Positions 1 to 8,192 are shown, counted from the first letter of the stretch. The stretch is DNA of 13,129 nt from Lachnospiraceae bacterium UBA7589 (GCA_002476495.1 DLKL01000049.1:22106-35234), one strand, 5' to 3'. The notes: generated from the letters alone by a model not told the origin. Program-made: numbers and translations.

Positions 1-230
1 CCGCAAAACACCCTTAGAAAATCTATCTGTGACCCGCCATTCTCACCCTTATCGTACTGCCTTGACCACCGAAACCAGTGACTCTTATCATATATCCGGA
101 TAGAGTCCATTTCCTTGAGTGTATGATAATGCCCCACTTTCTTTACCGTATAACCAAGATAAGAGGCAACAGCGGTCAAATCCACGCTTTTTGCAATGGC
201 TAATTCTGCTTCCGTAAATCTATCCTCCAT
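1..230 (-). CDS. 5' part of a primase-like conjugative-element protein (DUF3991/Toprim-type N-terminus). It continues beyond the left edge.
   Basis: The ATG at 230-228 is preceded by GGAAGG, 3 nt after the RadC stop. The frame stays open to position 1. My translation is MEDRFTEAELAIAKSVDLTAVASYLGYTVKKVGHYHTLKEMDSIRIYDKSHWFRWSRQYDKGENGGSQIDFLRVFC. It is absent from the ORF track because there is no stop in the window. The YHTLKEMDSIRIY...GGSQIDFL pattern matches my memory of DUF3991/Toprim proteins in Clostridial ICEs. Confidence 0.6.
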   Translation of the reverse strand, partial: MEDRFTEAELAIAKSVDLTAVASYLGYTVKKVGHYHTLKEMDSIRIYDKSHWFRWSRQYDKGENGGSQIDFLRVFC

Positions 231-232
231 CG

Positions 233-796
233 CTACCTTCCTTTCTCCCGTTCTGCCACAAGACTGTTGGTAAAACTGAAATTCCTGTAATCACTTGTAT
301 AGGAGATCTTTGGATTATCCATAAGTCCTTTTTCCTTAAAGCTAAAAAATTCCTTATTATCGCCTCCTACTATCAGATGATCCACCAGCCGGATACCCAC
401 CATCTCGCAGACGGAATTCATACGGTCGGTTATCATCGTATCTTCTTTACTCGGAAACAGATTTCCGCTTGGATGCGAATGAATGAGCATAATACTCGCT
501 GCATTTGACAAAATGCTTGCCTTGAGTATTTCCCTCGGATGCACCAATGCTTCATTTAGTGCACCAATACTTGCGAAGGTAACATTAATCGGTTTCAGGT
601 CTGATTGCAGATTGACTACACAGACAACCTCCCTGTCCATTTCACAGAGAAGCTCTCCGATAGTGGCTGCTGCTTCGTAGGGATTCTGTAAAGGAAGCTC
701 CGAATATAACGGAGCCTCCTTCACAAGCTTTACTCTAACCACATCAAGCTTAAAGGCTTCTTCTGCTTCCATCTGAGATTTCTTTTCGATTCCCAT
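233..796 (-). CDS. radC: RadC-like JAB/MPN domain protein
   Basis: This is track ORF 233..805. It carries the JAMM-type motif HSHPSGNLFPSKEDTMITD (HxHx7Sx2D). AGGAGG (806-811) abuts the first ATG, so the third ATG at 796 (9 nt spacing) is the likelier start. Confidence 0.85.
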   Translation of the reverse strand: MGIEKKSQMEAEEAFKLDVVRVKLVKEAPLYSELPLQNPYEAAATIGELLCEMDREVVCVVNLQSDLKPINVTFASIGALNEALVHPREILKASILSNAASIMLIHSHPSGNLFPSKEDTMITDRMNSVCEMVGIRLVDHLIVGGDNKEFFSFKEKGLMDNPKISYTSDYRNFSFTNSLVAEREKGR

Positions 797-893
797 TCGC
801 ATCATCCTCCTTTAGCTCAATCTGTAAAATAAAGTCCCCTTCCCAGGCATTCATAAGAGCAATCAGTTCCTGCACGGTCATCTCCTGCTCCAT
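750..893 (-). CDS. Hypothetical 47-aa protein (MEQEMTVQELIALMNAWEGDFILQIELKEDDANGNRKEISDGSRRSL)
   Basis: This is an internal ATG at 893 of track ORF 750..1013, preceded by AGGAGG with 7 nt spacing (caGATAGGAGGcagactATG). It starts just after the DUF5688-like stop at 904. It overlaps the RadC start by ~47 nt in another frame, which lowers confidence. Confidence 0.35.
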   Translation of the reverse strand: MEQEMTVQELIALMNAWEGDFILQIELKEDDANGNRKEISDGSRRSL

Positions 894-903
894 AGTCTGC
901 CTC

Positions 904-1899
904 CTATCTGGACTTTCCGTTGTCATAGATAAGCTGCGCCTCTGCAACCATGCCATCCAGTCTCTTATTCGGAGTATCCGTTGCAAGGGTAAGTCTTCTT
1001 GCATCCTTATCATAGTGATATACCTGATTGGATAATCTGTCTTCCAAGGCTACCTGTCCCATGTTGATTTCGCTTACCATTTCTGCAAGCTCATAAGGGT
1101 CTCCAACATTTGTAGATACTGCGATGCACTCATGCACGGATGAAGGCAGAATATAGAGGTCTGTTTCAAGCTTCATAGCCAGCTTATGGAGATTATCTTC
1201 ATAAAGCATGGAACCTGCTCCATTAATGCCCCTGTCGTTACTGATTACCCACATCATCTTATCTTCCGGCATCTCACCGATCATCATGTCTGCAACCTCA
1301 GCAGGCATACCGTCACTGATAAACATTTCACGAATAACATCGTTCATGGATTTGACGGTCGGCGGGAAAATACGCCTTGTGTTGTCCACAGCGCACTTAA
1401 ACAGCTGCTCTTCATTCATGCCAAGCTGCTCCGCAAGATTATTGCGAATCGCCGAACTCTGGATTCCGTTTTCATCCACCTTTACCACCCAGCGGTAGAT
1501 AATGGACAAATCCTGAAACTCTCTGTGCGGCATATCCCTGAGCATATCTTCATTCTGCAATGTGTTAATAACCTGAAAGACAATGTTATCCTTTGCACCT
1601 TCAAGATTCACATCCCCTACTTCGGGCATTTCCTTGAATGCCATATCCATTCTTCTGGCAGCACTCTGTAACACCTCCTGAAGATTCTCTGTCTCAAGAT
1701 AGTGTTCATACATGTGATTAATATACAGTGTGGGAGATACGCTTCTTCCTGCTCCGCTTCCCACTAATGTGATACCATCCAGAACCTTGTTTACTTTATT
1801 GACAGGTTCAACACGAAGTCTCATTCCCTGATACTGCTCCGGCATATAATCCATAAACTTCTCTGCCACGACTTCCTTAAAAATCTCATAATTCATCAT
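904..1899 (-). CDS. DUF5688-like conjugative-element protein of unknown function
   Basis: A 331-aa ORF with GGAGGA 9 nt upstream of the ATG. The N-terminal MNYEIFKE..., the central region and the ILPSSVHE motif resemble what I recall of the DUF5688 family found on Firmicute ICEs and plasmids. Confidence 0.7.
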   Translation of the reverse strand: MMNYEIFKEVVAEKFMDYMPEQYQGMRLRVEPVNKVNKVLDGITLVGSGAGRSVSPTLYINHMYEHYLETENLQEVLQSAARRMDMAFKEMPEVGDVNLEGAKDNIVFQVINTLQNEDMLRDMPHREFQDLSIIYRWVVKVDENGIQSSAIRNNLAEQLGMNEEQLFKCAVDNTRRIFPPTVKSMNDVIREMFISDGMPAEVADMMIGEMPEDKMMWVISNDRGINGAGSMLYEDNLHKLAMKLETDLYILPSSVHECIAVSTNVGDPYELAEMVSEINMGQVALEDRLSNQVYHYDKDARRLTLATDTPNKRLDGMVAEAQLIYDNGKSR

Positions 1900-1914
1900 A
1901 AAATATCATCCTCC

Positions 1915-1952
1915 ATAAAAAATATGAGGTGTAAGCATTCGGCCTACACCTC
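1915..1952 (-). terminator. Rho-independent terminator downstream of the adhesin gene
   Basis: The minus strand reads GAGGTGTAGGCCGAATGCTTACACCTC followed by ATATTTTTTATGG. That gives an 8 bp perfect stem plus inner G-C pairs and a G.U that pairs only on the minus strand. The SD of the next gene follows immediately. Confidence 0.6.
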
Positions 1953-1964
1953 TTTGAAAATACA

Positions 1965-4900
1965 TTATTCAGTTACTTCATCGTCTTCCTTCTTTCTCCA
2001 GAAGAAAGCACCTGCTCCTGCTAACATTGCAGCCAAACCAAGTCCGGCAAAAAGCCAAGTATTGAAGTTATCCCCGGTCTGTGGAAGCTTTGGTTCCGTA
2101 GGCTTGTTCGTAATATTCAGTGTATAAGTCACAACCTCAGGGGCTGCATCGCCATACTGTAATACCACCTCGTGAATGGTCTCATCAAGGATATACCCTT
2201 CTGCAGCCTTAGTCTCGACCACATAATACTTGATATCCTCCACGAACTCGCCATCCTTGAATACACCAATCGGAAGTTCTCCGGATTCCGCATGACCATT
2301 CTTGTCAGTCACAAGTTTTTCAATCACATTGCCATCCTTATCACGGATTTCAAACTCTACACCGGCAATACCTTTCTTGGTATATTCGTCAGTCTTTTCA
2401 ATGATAATCTTTCCATTCACAAGCTCATCCTTCATGGATACCTTCTGAGTTTCCTTTGTCTCAGTCACCTCAAACTCCACATCATTTGCAATTCTATATC
2501 CATAAGGGGCAATCTCTTCCCTTAAGATATACTTGCCAACAGGAATTCTGTCGATGACATGAACTGTTCCATCGGACTCCCAGCTGTAAACCACATTTCC
2601 ATTAGCATCAATAATGGAGAGCTTTGCACCCTTAAGCTCATGCTCTCCGGTAATATCAGTCTTGGAAATTTCAAGCTTGGTAGGATAGTTTTCAAATTCT
2701 GCCTCAAATTCAATTACTTCCACATCACCACCCTGATAAGAAGCATCCACATCAAAGCATTCATCGGTCTTCACATATCCTGCAGGAGCTTCCATTTCCT
2801 TCACATAATACTGTCCGAGAGGAAGGTCTGAAATAAAGGTTACTGTTCCGTCAGCTCCGGTTACTGCTTTCTCAATGAAAGTATCAGCAGCTACAATCAG
2901 TCTGCCATCAGCATCGAAAATATCTTCCTTTGCATATAAGCCGAATACTGCTCCCTCAAGAGCCTTCTTCGTCTCAGCATCCTTCTTGATAACAGTAATC
3001 TGTACCTTCTGTCTCTCATTGGTTACATCCATACCTGCATATACCACTTTGGTATTCTGGTCGATATAGGAAAGATCTGCTTCGATTGGTGTACTGTCAA
3101 GTACAAATCCCTCGATAGTTGCAGTCTCAACAAGGTAGTACTTGCCAAGCGGTAAATCACTAATCATGGCTATTCCTTTGTCATTTGTAACAATGGTTGC
3201 TACAAGCTCATCAGCCTCATAATATACAGTGTCAAGACCATCCGGACTTACAATGTCCTCTCTTGCATAAACCTCAAAGGTAACGCCTGCAAGAGATTTC
3301 TTGAAGTAATCGAATACAAAGTCATACCACTTACCTTTTACAAGGTTAATGTCTGTCAGGAACTCTCCATCCTTGTTGATGATGATTGACCCGGTAGGAA
3401 CTTCATCCTTCATAACAACGCTTTGGATTTCCTCCGTATCCTCTACAGTGAAGGTTACATCCGATGCCTTAAGGTATCCGTAAGGAGCAAATTCCTCACG
3501 AAGCACATAAGATTCACTTACTACAAGCTTCTTAATCACATGTGCTTCCCCTGCCTTGGATGTCCAGGTATCAACCACATTTCCGTCCTTATCAAGAACA
3601 GTCAGTGTTGCACCGGAAAGCTCTGCACCGCTTGTAATATCTTCCTTTGTAAACTCAAAAGTTGTAGGCATATTGTGGAAGTTTGCTATAATTGTTGCAT
3701 ACTTCACTTCCTGTCCCTGATACTCTGCATCAAATTCGATCACATCATCGCATGATACATATCCTGCAGGTGCCTTTATTTCCTTCGCATAGTAATGACC
3801 CAGAGGATAATCCTTTACGAACTGGATATCGCCATTTGCATCAGATACTGCTACCTCAAGTAAAGTATCTTTCTCTACGATTACCTTACCATCCACATTT
3901 ACAATATCCTCCGCTGCATATAAGCCAAACTCAGCACCGGAAACCGGCAAACCGGTCTCTCCATCCAGTTTTACTACGGATAAATCAACCTTCTGTCTGT
4001 CATTTGCGAATGTCAGACTTTCCCTGATAACAGGAGTCTTATCATCCACATATACGAAAGTTACATACTGCTCTTCTTTGTTCAGTACATACCCGTAAGG
4101 AGCTTCCACTTCTACTACTCTGTACTTTCCAAGAGGAAGGTCTGAAACTTTTGCTTTTCCGTCCTCCCCGGTTACAACGGTTGAAACCAGATCACCTTCT
4201 GCATAATACTTGTTTCGGTTTCCGTTCTCATCTGTCTGCATGTCTGCTGTGTAAATATCCTCAGCTGCATAGATTTCAAACTTAGCACCGGCAAGGGAAC
4301 CTTCTCTATAAACAAATTCCTTATCTTCGGAATCTGCAAATAAACCGCCCTTATATGCATCCAGTACCTCGCCCTTCTTCTCAATTACAAGCTCACCAAC
4401 AGCAGGAGCATCTTCATACTCTACAGTAATGATTGCTTCGTAAGTGTCAGGTTCCACTTCGTAGAAAGTATCAGTATCCACTTTTACTTCCACATAGTTT
4501 TCATTGAGTACATATCCAAAAGGAGCTGCCACTTCTTCAATACGGTAATTACCAAGAGGTAATACATCCGGCAAAATCAAATCACCATCTGCATCAGTAA
4601 AGAATGAAGTATGGACTTTCTTGGACGGGTAAGTGGTAATCATCTCCACATACTTATTGGTGTCCATATTGAAAATCTTAAACTCTGTGTTAGGAATAAG
4701 AACCGTCATTTTGGTATCTGCATCCTTCTTAATCACACGAAGCTTTGCTGTAAACTCTCTGTCCACAAACACTCTCCAGACCTGCGGTTCTGTCGGATGA
4801 TTCTCCGTAACATGAACCTCAAATGGCTTGATTGTCTCCATGTTATGAGGAGTTACTGTCTCAATTACCACATAAGTTCCATAAGGGATAGGAATGGTTA

Positions 4901-7343
4901 CCAGATGTCCCTTTTCATCTGTGAAAGCTTCAGTTTCTCCATTTGCACCAATTACAACAGGAGTTGCACTGTCAAAATCATAACCCCCATCTTCTTTTAC
5001 GGATAAAGATGACTTAAGGTAAGCTGTAAAGCCTGCCTTTTCAAGCAATGGAGCTTCTGTATCATCTCCATTATCAGATACCTTAATCAACTGGAATGGC
5101 TGCTTCATAACCTGCTCTTTGGAAGTTGTGCTTCTTGATACCTCCGCAACAAGATCACCTTCATAATCGCAGACTACATCATGCTCTTCCTCATCTAAAA
5201 GATATCCTTCCGGTGGAGTGATTTCCTTTACATAGTAATTTCCAAGATAAAGGTTATTCACTTCCGCATCACCATTGGCATCCGTTGTCATGGTAGCTAC
5301 CAAATCGTTCGCTTTAAATACGACTCCGGTTGCTCCGTCCGGATGCATGATATCATCACGGGCATACAAACCGTAAACTGCTCCTTCTAAGGTAGCATCT
5401 CCCTGTGGTACGGGAAGACCTGTTTCCTTATCCACCTTGAAGATATGAATCTTTGCAGTGGTTCTGTCATTTGCAAACTCATGGCTGAAAGTAGCCTTGG
5501 CTGTAGTCTCTGGCAGGTAATTGAAGTTGAAGCTGTATACATCGCTGCTGTTTCTCACATATCCATAAGGAGCCTGTGACTCAGAAATATAGTAGCTGTT
5601 TGCAATCGGTAAATCCAAAGTGTATGCTGCCTTACCATTCTCACCTGTAGTGACTGTCTGAAGTGCAGTACCTTTGGTAACGATAACCTGACCTGCATAG
5701 TTCTTGATATCATTACCGGCGTATAAAGTGTATTTACCGCCATCTAACGGATTTGCAGTATCAGAGTCCTTCTTTACTACAGAAACCTCTGCCTTCTGTC
5801 TTGTATTCTGAATGGTTGCTGATTCATACTGTACTTCCACATTCTGGTCCTTGTACTCAATATTCACTGGCACGGGAGTAGTATTGATGGTATATCCATC
5901 AATGCTCTTTGTTTCCGTTACCACATAAGAGCCAAGATGAAGGTCTGTAAGAACAACCAGACCGTCAGAACCTGTTACAAGGTTTTCTGCAATCAAATCT
6001 CCCTTACTATAAACCTTTGTACCATCTGCCTTATAGATATCAGCACCGGCAGTTACCTTAAATGTTGCTCCCGGTAATTTCTTTACTTCATAAGTAAAGT
6101 TACTTCCATTCCATCCGGTAAGAACCTCACCTTCCTTGTAAATAGTCAGTACTCCAAGCTGTTCCTTATCAGTTGCAGTAAAGGAAGTTGTCTGACCTGC
6201 CTTAACAGTAAGTGTGTGTACCTTTCCGCTAATCACATAACCCTTCGGAGCCTGAATCTCCTTCACATAATAAGTGCCTGCCACAAGTGCCTTGGAAGTA
6301 GCTGTACCATCACTTCCGGTAGTAATTGTGTCAACCTTATTGGTGCACGCACTGTCAGTATAGATACCATACTTTGCACCGGGAAGCTTCACACCACTCT
6401 CCTCGTCCTGCTTGGTAATCTTTCCATAACCGATATTCTCAGTCTTGACCTTGAAATACGCTGACACCGGGTCTGCTGATGGTTTCTCAGAAATAAACTC
6501 CTGATAGCCTGACTTTCCGGTAAGCCAGAACACGCAGCTTGATGTTGTTTCCACAACTCCTGCTGTTGAGTTCATGGTTGCCGTGGTAGCTGTAGTATTC
6601 ACAGATGTTGTGTGAATCGTAACGCTGTTACCACTTTTCTCTACAGAATATCCACTGAGGGAAATGTCGAAATTCGACAACACTCCATTGGAATCATTTA
6701 GAGTTGTTTCAAATCTCTTATTACTCTCATTCCACTTCAATTCATAAGTGGTTGCTCCACTCTTGGTTGCGCTTGCAAAACTTGGTCTTGTAGCATAATA
6801 AGATGCACTGATATTGTTCTTAAGCGTTGTATAGTAAGCGTAAGAATTGGTCGGATTAGGTGCTGATGCACATAACTTATTAGCTGCCGAATCATCGGAA
6901 CCTGTTCCAAAAAGATTTGCCACAATCGCCCATACCATTGCCTGTGTTGCAATATACTGGTCACACTGATCATTGCTTGGTGCTGTAGCTGAGTTACATC
7001 CATATCCAAAGTACAGACAGTATGCAAGCTGTTTTTCCTGTGCTGCTGATAAACTCGTGCTCGGATTATCATAGCTGTTCATAAGCTGACCACCATCAGC
7101 CGCCAGTCCAAAATTCATACAGTAAGCTGCATTGCCATCAATCATAGAGTACAAAATCTTACCATGATTGTAGCCTGCCTTTAACTCACTTACCTCCCCG
7201 GTATTCTTTACAGAAGCATTCCAGAAGGCAATATTCGCACTCGGACTTGCTGCAAATGCAGTTGTTCCGTTAGAGAACAATGTGGTGAACATCGTAAGAA
7301 CAGCAAGAAAACCTGCCATAAATCTTCTAAACTTTTGTTTCAC
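1965..7343 (-). CDS. LPXTG-anchored giant surface adhesin (1792 aa): signal peptide, putative thioester domain, 13 SpaA/CnaB-type prealbumin-fold repeats and a sortase sorting signal
   Basis: The start is GTG at 7343, 8 nt after AAGGAGG. The signal peptide is MKQKFRRFMAGFLAVLTMFTTLFSNGTTAFA. There are thirteen repeats of the pattern G(A/T)xFx(I/L)Y...D..G......L..G.Y...E...AP.GY. The C-terminus is LPQTGD, a hydrophobic stretch, then WRKKEDDEVTE. Confidence 0.95.
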   Translation of the reverse strand: MKQKFRRFMAGFLAVLTMFTTLFSNGTTAFAASPSANIAFWNASVKNTGEVSELKAGYNHGKILYSMIDGNAAYCMNFGLAADGGQLMNSYDNPSTSLSAAQEKQLAYCLYFGYGCNSATAPSNDQCDQYIATQAMVWAIVANLFGTGSDDSAANKLCASAPNPTNSYAYYTTLKNNISASYYATRPSFASATKSGATTYELKWNESNKRFETTLNDSNGVLSNFDISLSGYSVEKSGNSVTIHTTSVNTTATTATMNSTAGVVETTSSCVFWLTGKSGYQEFISEKPSADPVSAYFKVKTENIGYGKITKQDEESGVKLPGAKYGIYTDSACTNKVDTITTGSDGTATSKALVAGTYYVKEIQAPKGYVISGKVHTLTVKAGQTTSFTATDKEQLGVLTIYKEGEVLTGWNGSNFTYEVKKLPGATFKVTAGADIYKADGTKVYSKGDLIAENLVTGSDGLVVLTDLHLGSYVVTETKSIDGYTINTTPVPVNIEYKDQNVEVQYESATIQNTRQKAEVSVVKKDSDTANPLDGGKYTLYAGNDIKNYAGQVIVTKGTALQTVTTGENGKAAYTLDLPIANSYYISESQAPYGYVRNSSDVYSFNFNYLPETTAKATFSHEFANDRTTAKIHIFKVDKETGLPVPQGDATLEGAVYGLYARDDIMHPDGATGVVFKANDLVATMTTDANGDAEVNNLYLGNYYVKEITPPEGYLLDEEEHDVVCDYEGDLVAEVSRSTTSKEQVMKQPFQLIKVSDNGDDTEAPLLEKAGFTAYLKSSLSVKEDGGYDFDSATPVVIGANGETEAFTDEKGHLVTIPIPYGTYVVIETVTPHNMETIKPFEVHVTENHPTEPQVWRVFVDREFTAKLRVIKKDADTKMTVLIPNTEFKIFNMDTNKYVEMITTYPSKKVHTSFFTDADGDLILPDVLPLGNYRIEEVAAPFGYVLNENYVEVKVDTDTFYEVEPDTYEAIITVEYEDAPAVGELVIEKKGEVLDAYKGGLFADSEDKEFVYREGSLAGAKFEIYAAEDIYTADMQTDENGNRNKYYAEGDLVSTVVTGEDGKAKVSDLPLGKYRVVEVEAPYGYVLNKEEQYVTFVYVDDKTPVIRESLTFANDRQKVDLSVVKLDGETGLPVSGAEFGLYAAEDIVNVDGKVIVEKDTLLEVAVSDANGDIQFVKDYPLGHYYAKEIKAPAGYVSCDDVIEFDAEYQGQEVKYATIIANFHNMPTTFEFTKEDITSGAELSGATLTVLDKDGNVVDTWTSKAGEAHVIKKLVVSESYVLREEFAPYGYLKASDVTFTVEDTEEIQSVVMKDEVPTGSIIINKDGEFLTDINLVKGKWYDFVFDYFKKSLAGVTFEVYAREDIVSPDGLDTVYYEADELVATIVTNDKGIAMISDLPLGKYYLVETATIEGFVLDSTPIEADLSYIDQNTKVVYAGMDVTNERQKVQITVIKKDAETKKALEGAVFGLYAKEDIFDADGRLIVAADTFIEKAVTGADGTVTFISDLPLGQYYVKEMEAPAGYVKTDECFDVDASYQGGDVEVIEFEAEFENYPTKLEISKTDITGEHELKGAKLSIIDANGNVVYSWESDGTVHVIDRIPVGKYILREEIAPYGYRIANDVEFEVTETKETQKVSMKDELVNGKIIIEKTDEYTKKGIAGVEFEIRDKDGNVIEKLVTDKNGHAESGELPIGVFKDGEFVEDIKYYVVETKAAEGYILDETIHEVVLQYGDAAPEVVTYTLNITNKPTEPKLPQTGDNFNTWLFAGLGLAAMLAGAGAFFWRKKEDDEVTE
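1968..2087 (-). other. Sortase sorting signal: LPQTG (2073-2087), a TM helix and a charged tail
   Basis: CTT CCA CAG ACC GGG was verified by reverse-complementing 2073-2087. It is followed by NFNTWLFAGLGLAAMLAGAGAFFW and RKKEDDEVTE. Confidence 0.9.
2109..6443 (-). repeat. Array of 13 protein-level SpaA/CnaB-type domain repeats inside the adhesin gene. It includes an internally duplicated multi-domain unit at about 2090-3020 versus 3021-4010.
   Basis: The motif Y(Y/V/R)V.E..AP.GY recurs 13 times. Unit boundaries are marked by FANDRQK (3990-4010) and TNERQK (3006-3023). Confidence 0.8.
6444..7250 (-). other. N-terminal adhesin head domain, a putative thioester domain (aa ~32-300)
   Basis: AAYC75MNF fits the [YFL]-C motif and ATQ134AMVWAIV fits the TQxA(I/V)W-type motif of Gram-positive thioester domains. 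The Cys codon is at 7119-7121 and the Gln codon at 6942-6944, both verified by hand. Confidence 0.5.
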
Positions 7344-7368
7344 TTTTCATTCCTCCTTAAAAATGGGC

Positions 7369-7399
7369 ACAAAAAAAGCAGGTCACTTTCATGGCCTGC
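7369..7399 (-). terminator. Probable rho-independent terminator between the lipoprotein and adhesin genes
   Basis: The minus strand reads GCAGGCCATGAAAGTGACCTGC followed by TTTTTTTGTG. The stem is 5+1 bp with one C/A mismatch. On the plus strand that position is a G.U pair, so it could act in both directions. Confidence 0.5.
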
Positions 7400-7421
7400 A
7401 ACTTTTGTTATTGTTTATTTG

Positions 7422-8192
7422 TTATCTGAGACATCGGAACTCATAGAAGTCAGTTCCATTTCTGGAGTACACACCCGCATATACCACATTGAACACCGGA
7501 TTACTTTCCAAAAGAAGCATATCCGCTATGTAAGTTGCAATAGCGTCTTCACTTCTTAATGGCTGTCCGGAAGTCGTACTGGCTATATTTAAGTCAGTTT
7601 CCACAAACACACTGTAGTAGCTGCTCTCCAAACCATCATAGGGATAATACTCGTTATACTCTTCCTGCGTAATTCTGCCCTCTGCCAAGGCATTTGCAAG
7701 GTTATCCTGCGTAGTAATCATACCTCCTGCCTGACACTTTGCAATGGCAAGTGATACCACAGTACCCGGATTGTATCCTGCCGGTGTATATTCCGGCTCC
7801 GGGGTTGTCTCTGGTGTCGGTTCAGGTGTTGGAGTTGGCTCCGATGTCTGAACCGGGGACTGTGTTTCCTCCCTTTGCTCTGTGGATGCAGGTGTTTCTT
7901 CTCTTTGTTCTGTCTGATTCTCTCTGTTTTCAGAAACAGGCTGATTTTCAGTATCATCCGTTACAGGAGCTTCACTGCTTTCAGCTTCATCCTTATTGCT
8001 TTGGAACTCTGTTTCGTTTTCAGAAGAGCTTTCCACCTTACTTTCTTCTGCAATAACCGGCTCCTTGCTTTCCTCTGTCTCTTTTGTTTCTTCATTGCTG
8101 ATATCTGCTTCCGTCATTTCATTCACCGTGGAATTACAGCCAGCTAATGTCAAAACTGCTACGGATAAAAGAATAATAAATAATCTCTTCAT
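7422..8192 (-). CDS. Lipoprotein with a long acidic E/T/P-rich linker and a C-terminal globular domain of unknown function
   Basis: This is track ORF 7422..8204. The start is more likely the ATG at 8192 (MKRLFIILLSVAVLTLAGC), which has the lipobox LAGC and GGGTGAT 5 nt upstream. The linker holds the near-duplicate TEQREETPAS/TEQREETQSP and PTPTPEPTPETTPEPEYTP. Confidence 0.85.
   Translation of the reverse strand: MKRLFIILLSVAVLTLAGCNSTVNEMTEADISNEETKETEESKEPVIAEESKVESSSENETEFQSNKDEAESSEAPVTDDTENQPVSENRENQTEQREETPASTEQREETQSPVQTSEPTPTPEPTPETTPEPEYTPAGYNPGTVVSLAIAKCQAGGMITTQDNLANALAEGRITQEEYNEYYPYDGLESSYYSVFVETDLNIASTTSGQPLRSEDAIATYIADMLLLESNPVFNVVYAGVYSRNGTDFYEFRCLR

Noticed and set aside
2109-6443. 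The periodic DNA similarity in the adhesin gene could be a CRISPR or tandem DNA repeat, and the repeats could be Thr-Gln ester-bond domains.
   Set aside because: The repeats are 300-400 nt, divergent and in-frame protein domains, not short identical repeats with spacers. I found no HxDxxDxxQ-type ester-bond motif, so CnaB/SpaA isopeptide-type domains are the better call.
1186-7072. Many plus-strand and out-of-frame ORFs in the track lie inside the DUF5688-like and adhesin genes (e.g. 1186..1671, 2172..2525, 3423..3755, 3692..4027, 4611..5006, 6216..6464, and minus-strand 6737..7072).
   Set aside because: They lie entirely within long, well-supported minus-strand genes. They lack Shine-Dalgarno sequences and have odd, Cys/His/Leu/Ser-rich, low-complexity compositions. 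This is typical of shadow frames of a repeat-rich gene.
7327-7350. An out-of-frame ATG at 7350 (ATG AAA AGT GAA ACA AAA GTT TAG) overlaps the adhesin GTG start and could be a uORF.
   Set aside because: The ATG is only 1 nt from the AGGAGG, too close for initiation. The GTG at 7343 has the proper 8-nt spacing and opens onto a canonical signal peptide.
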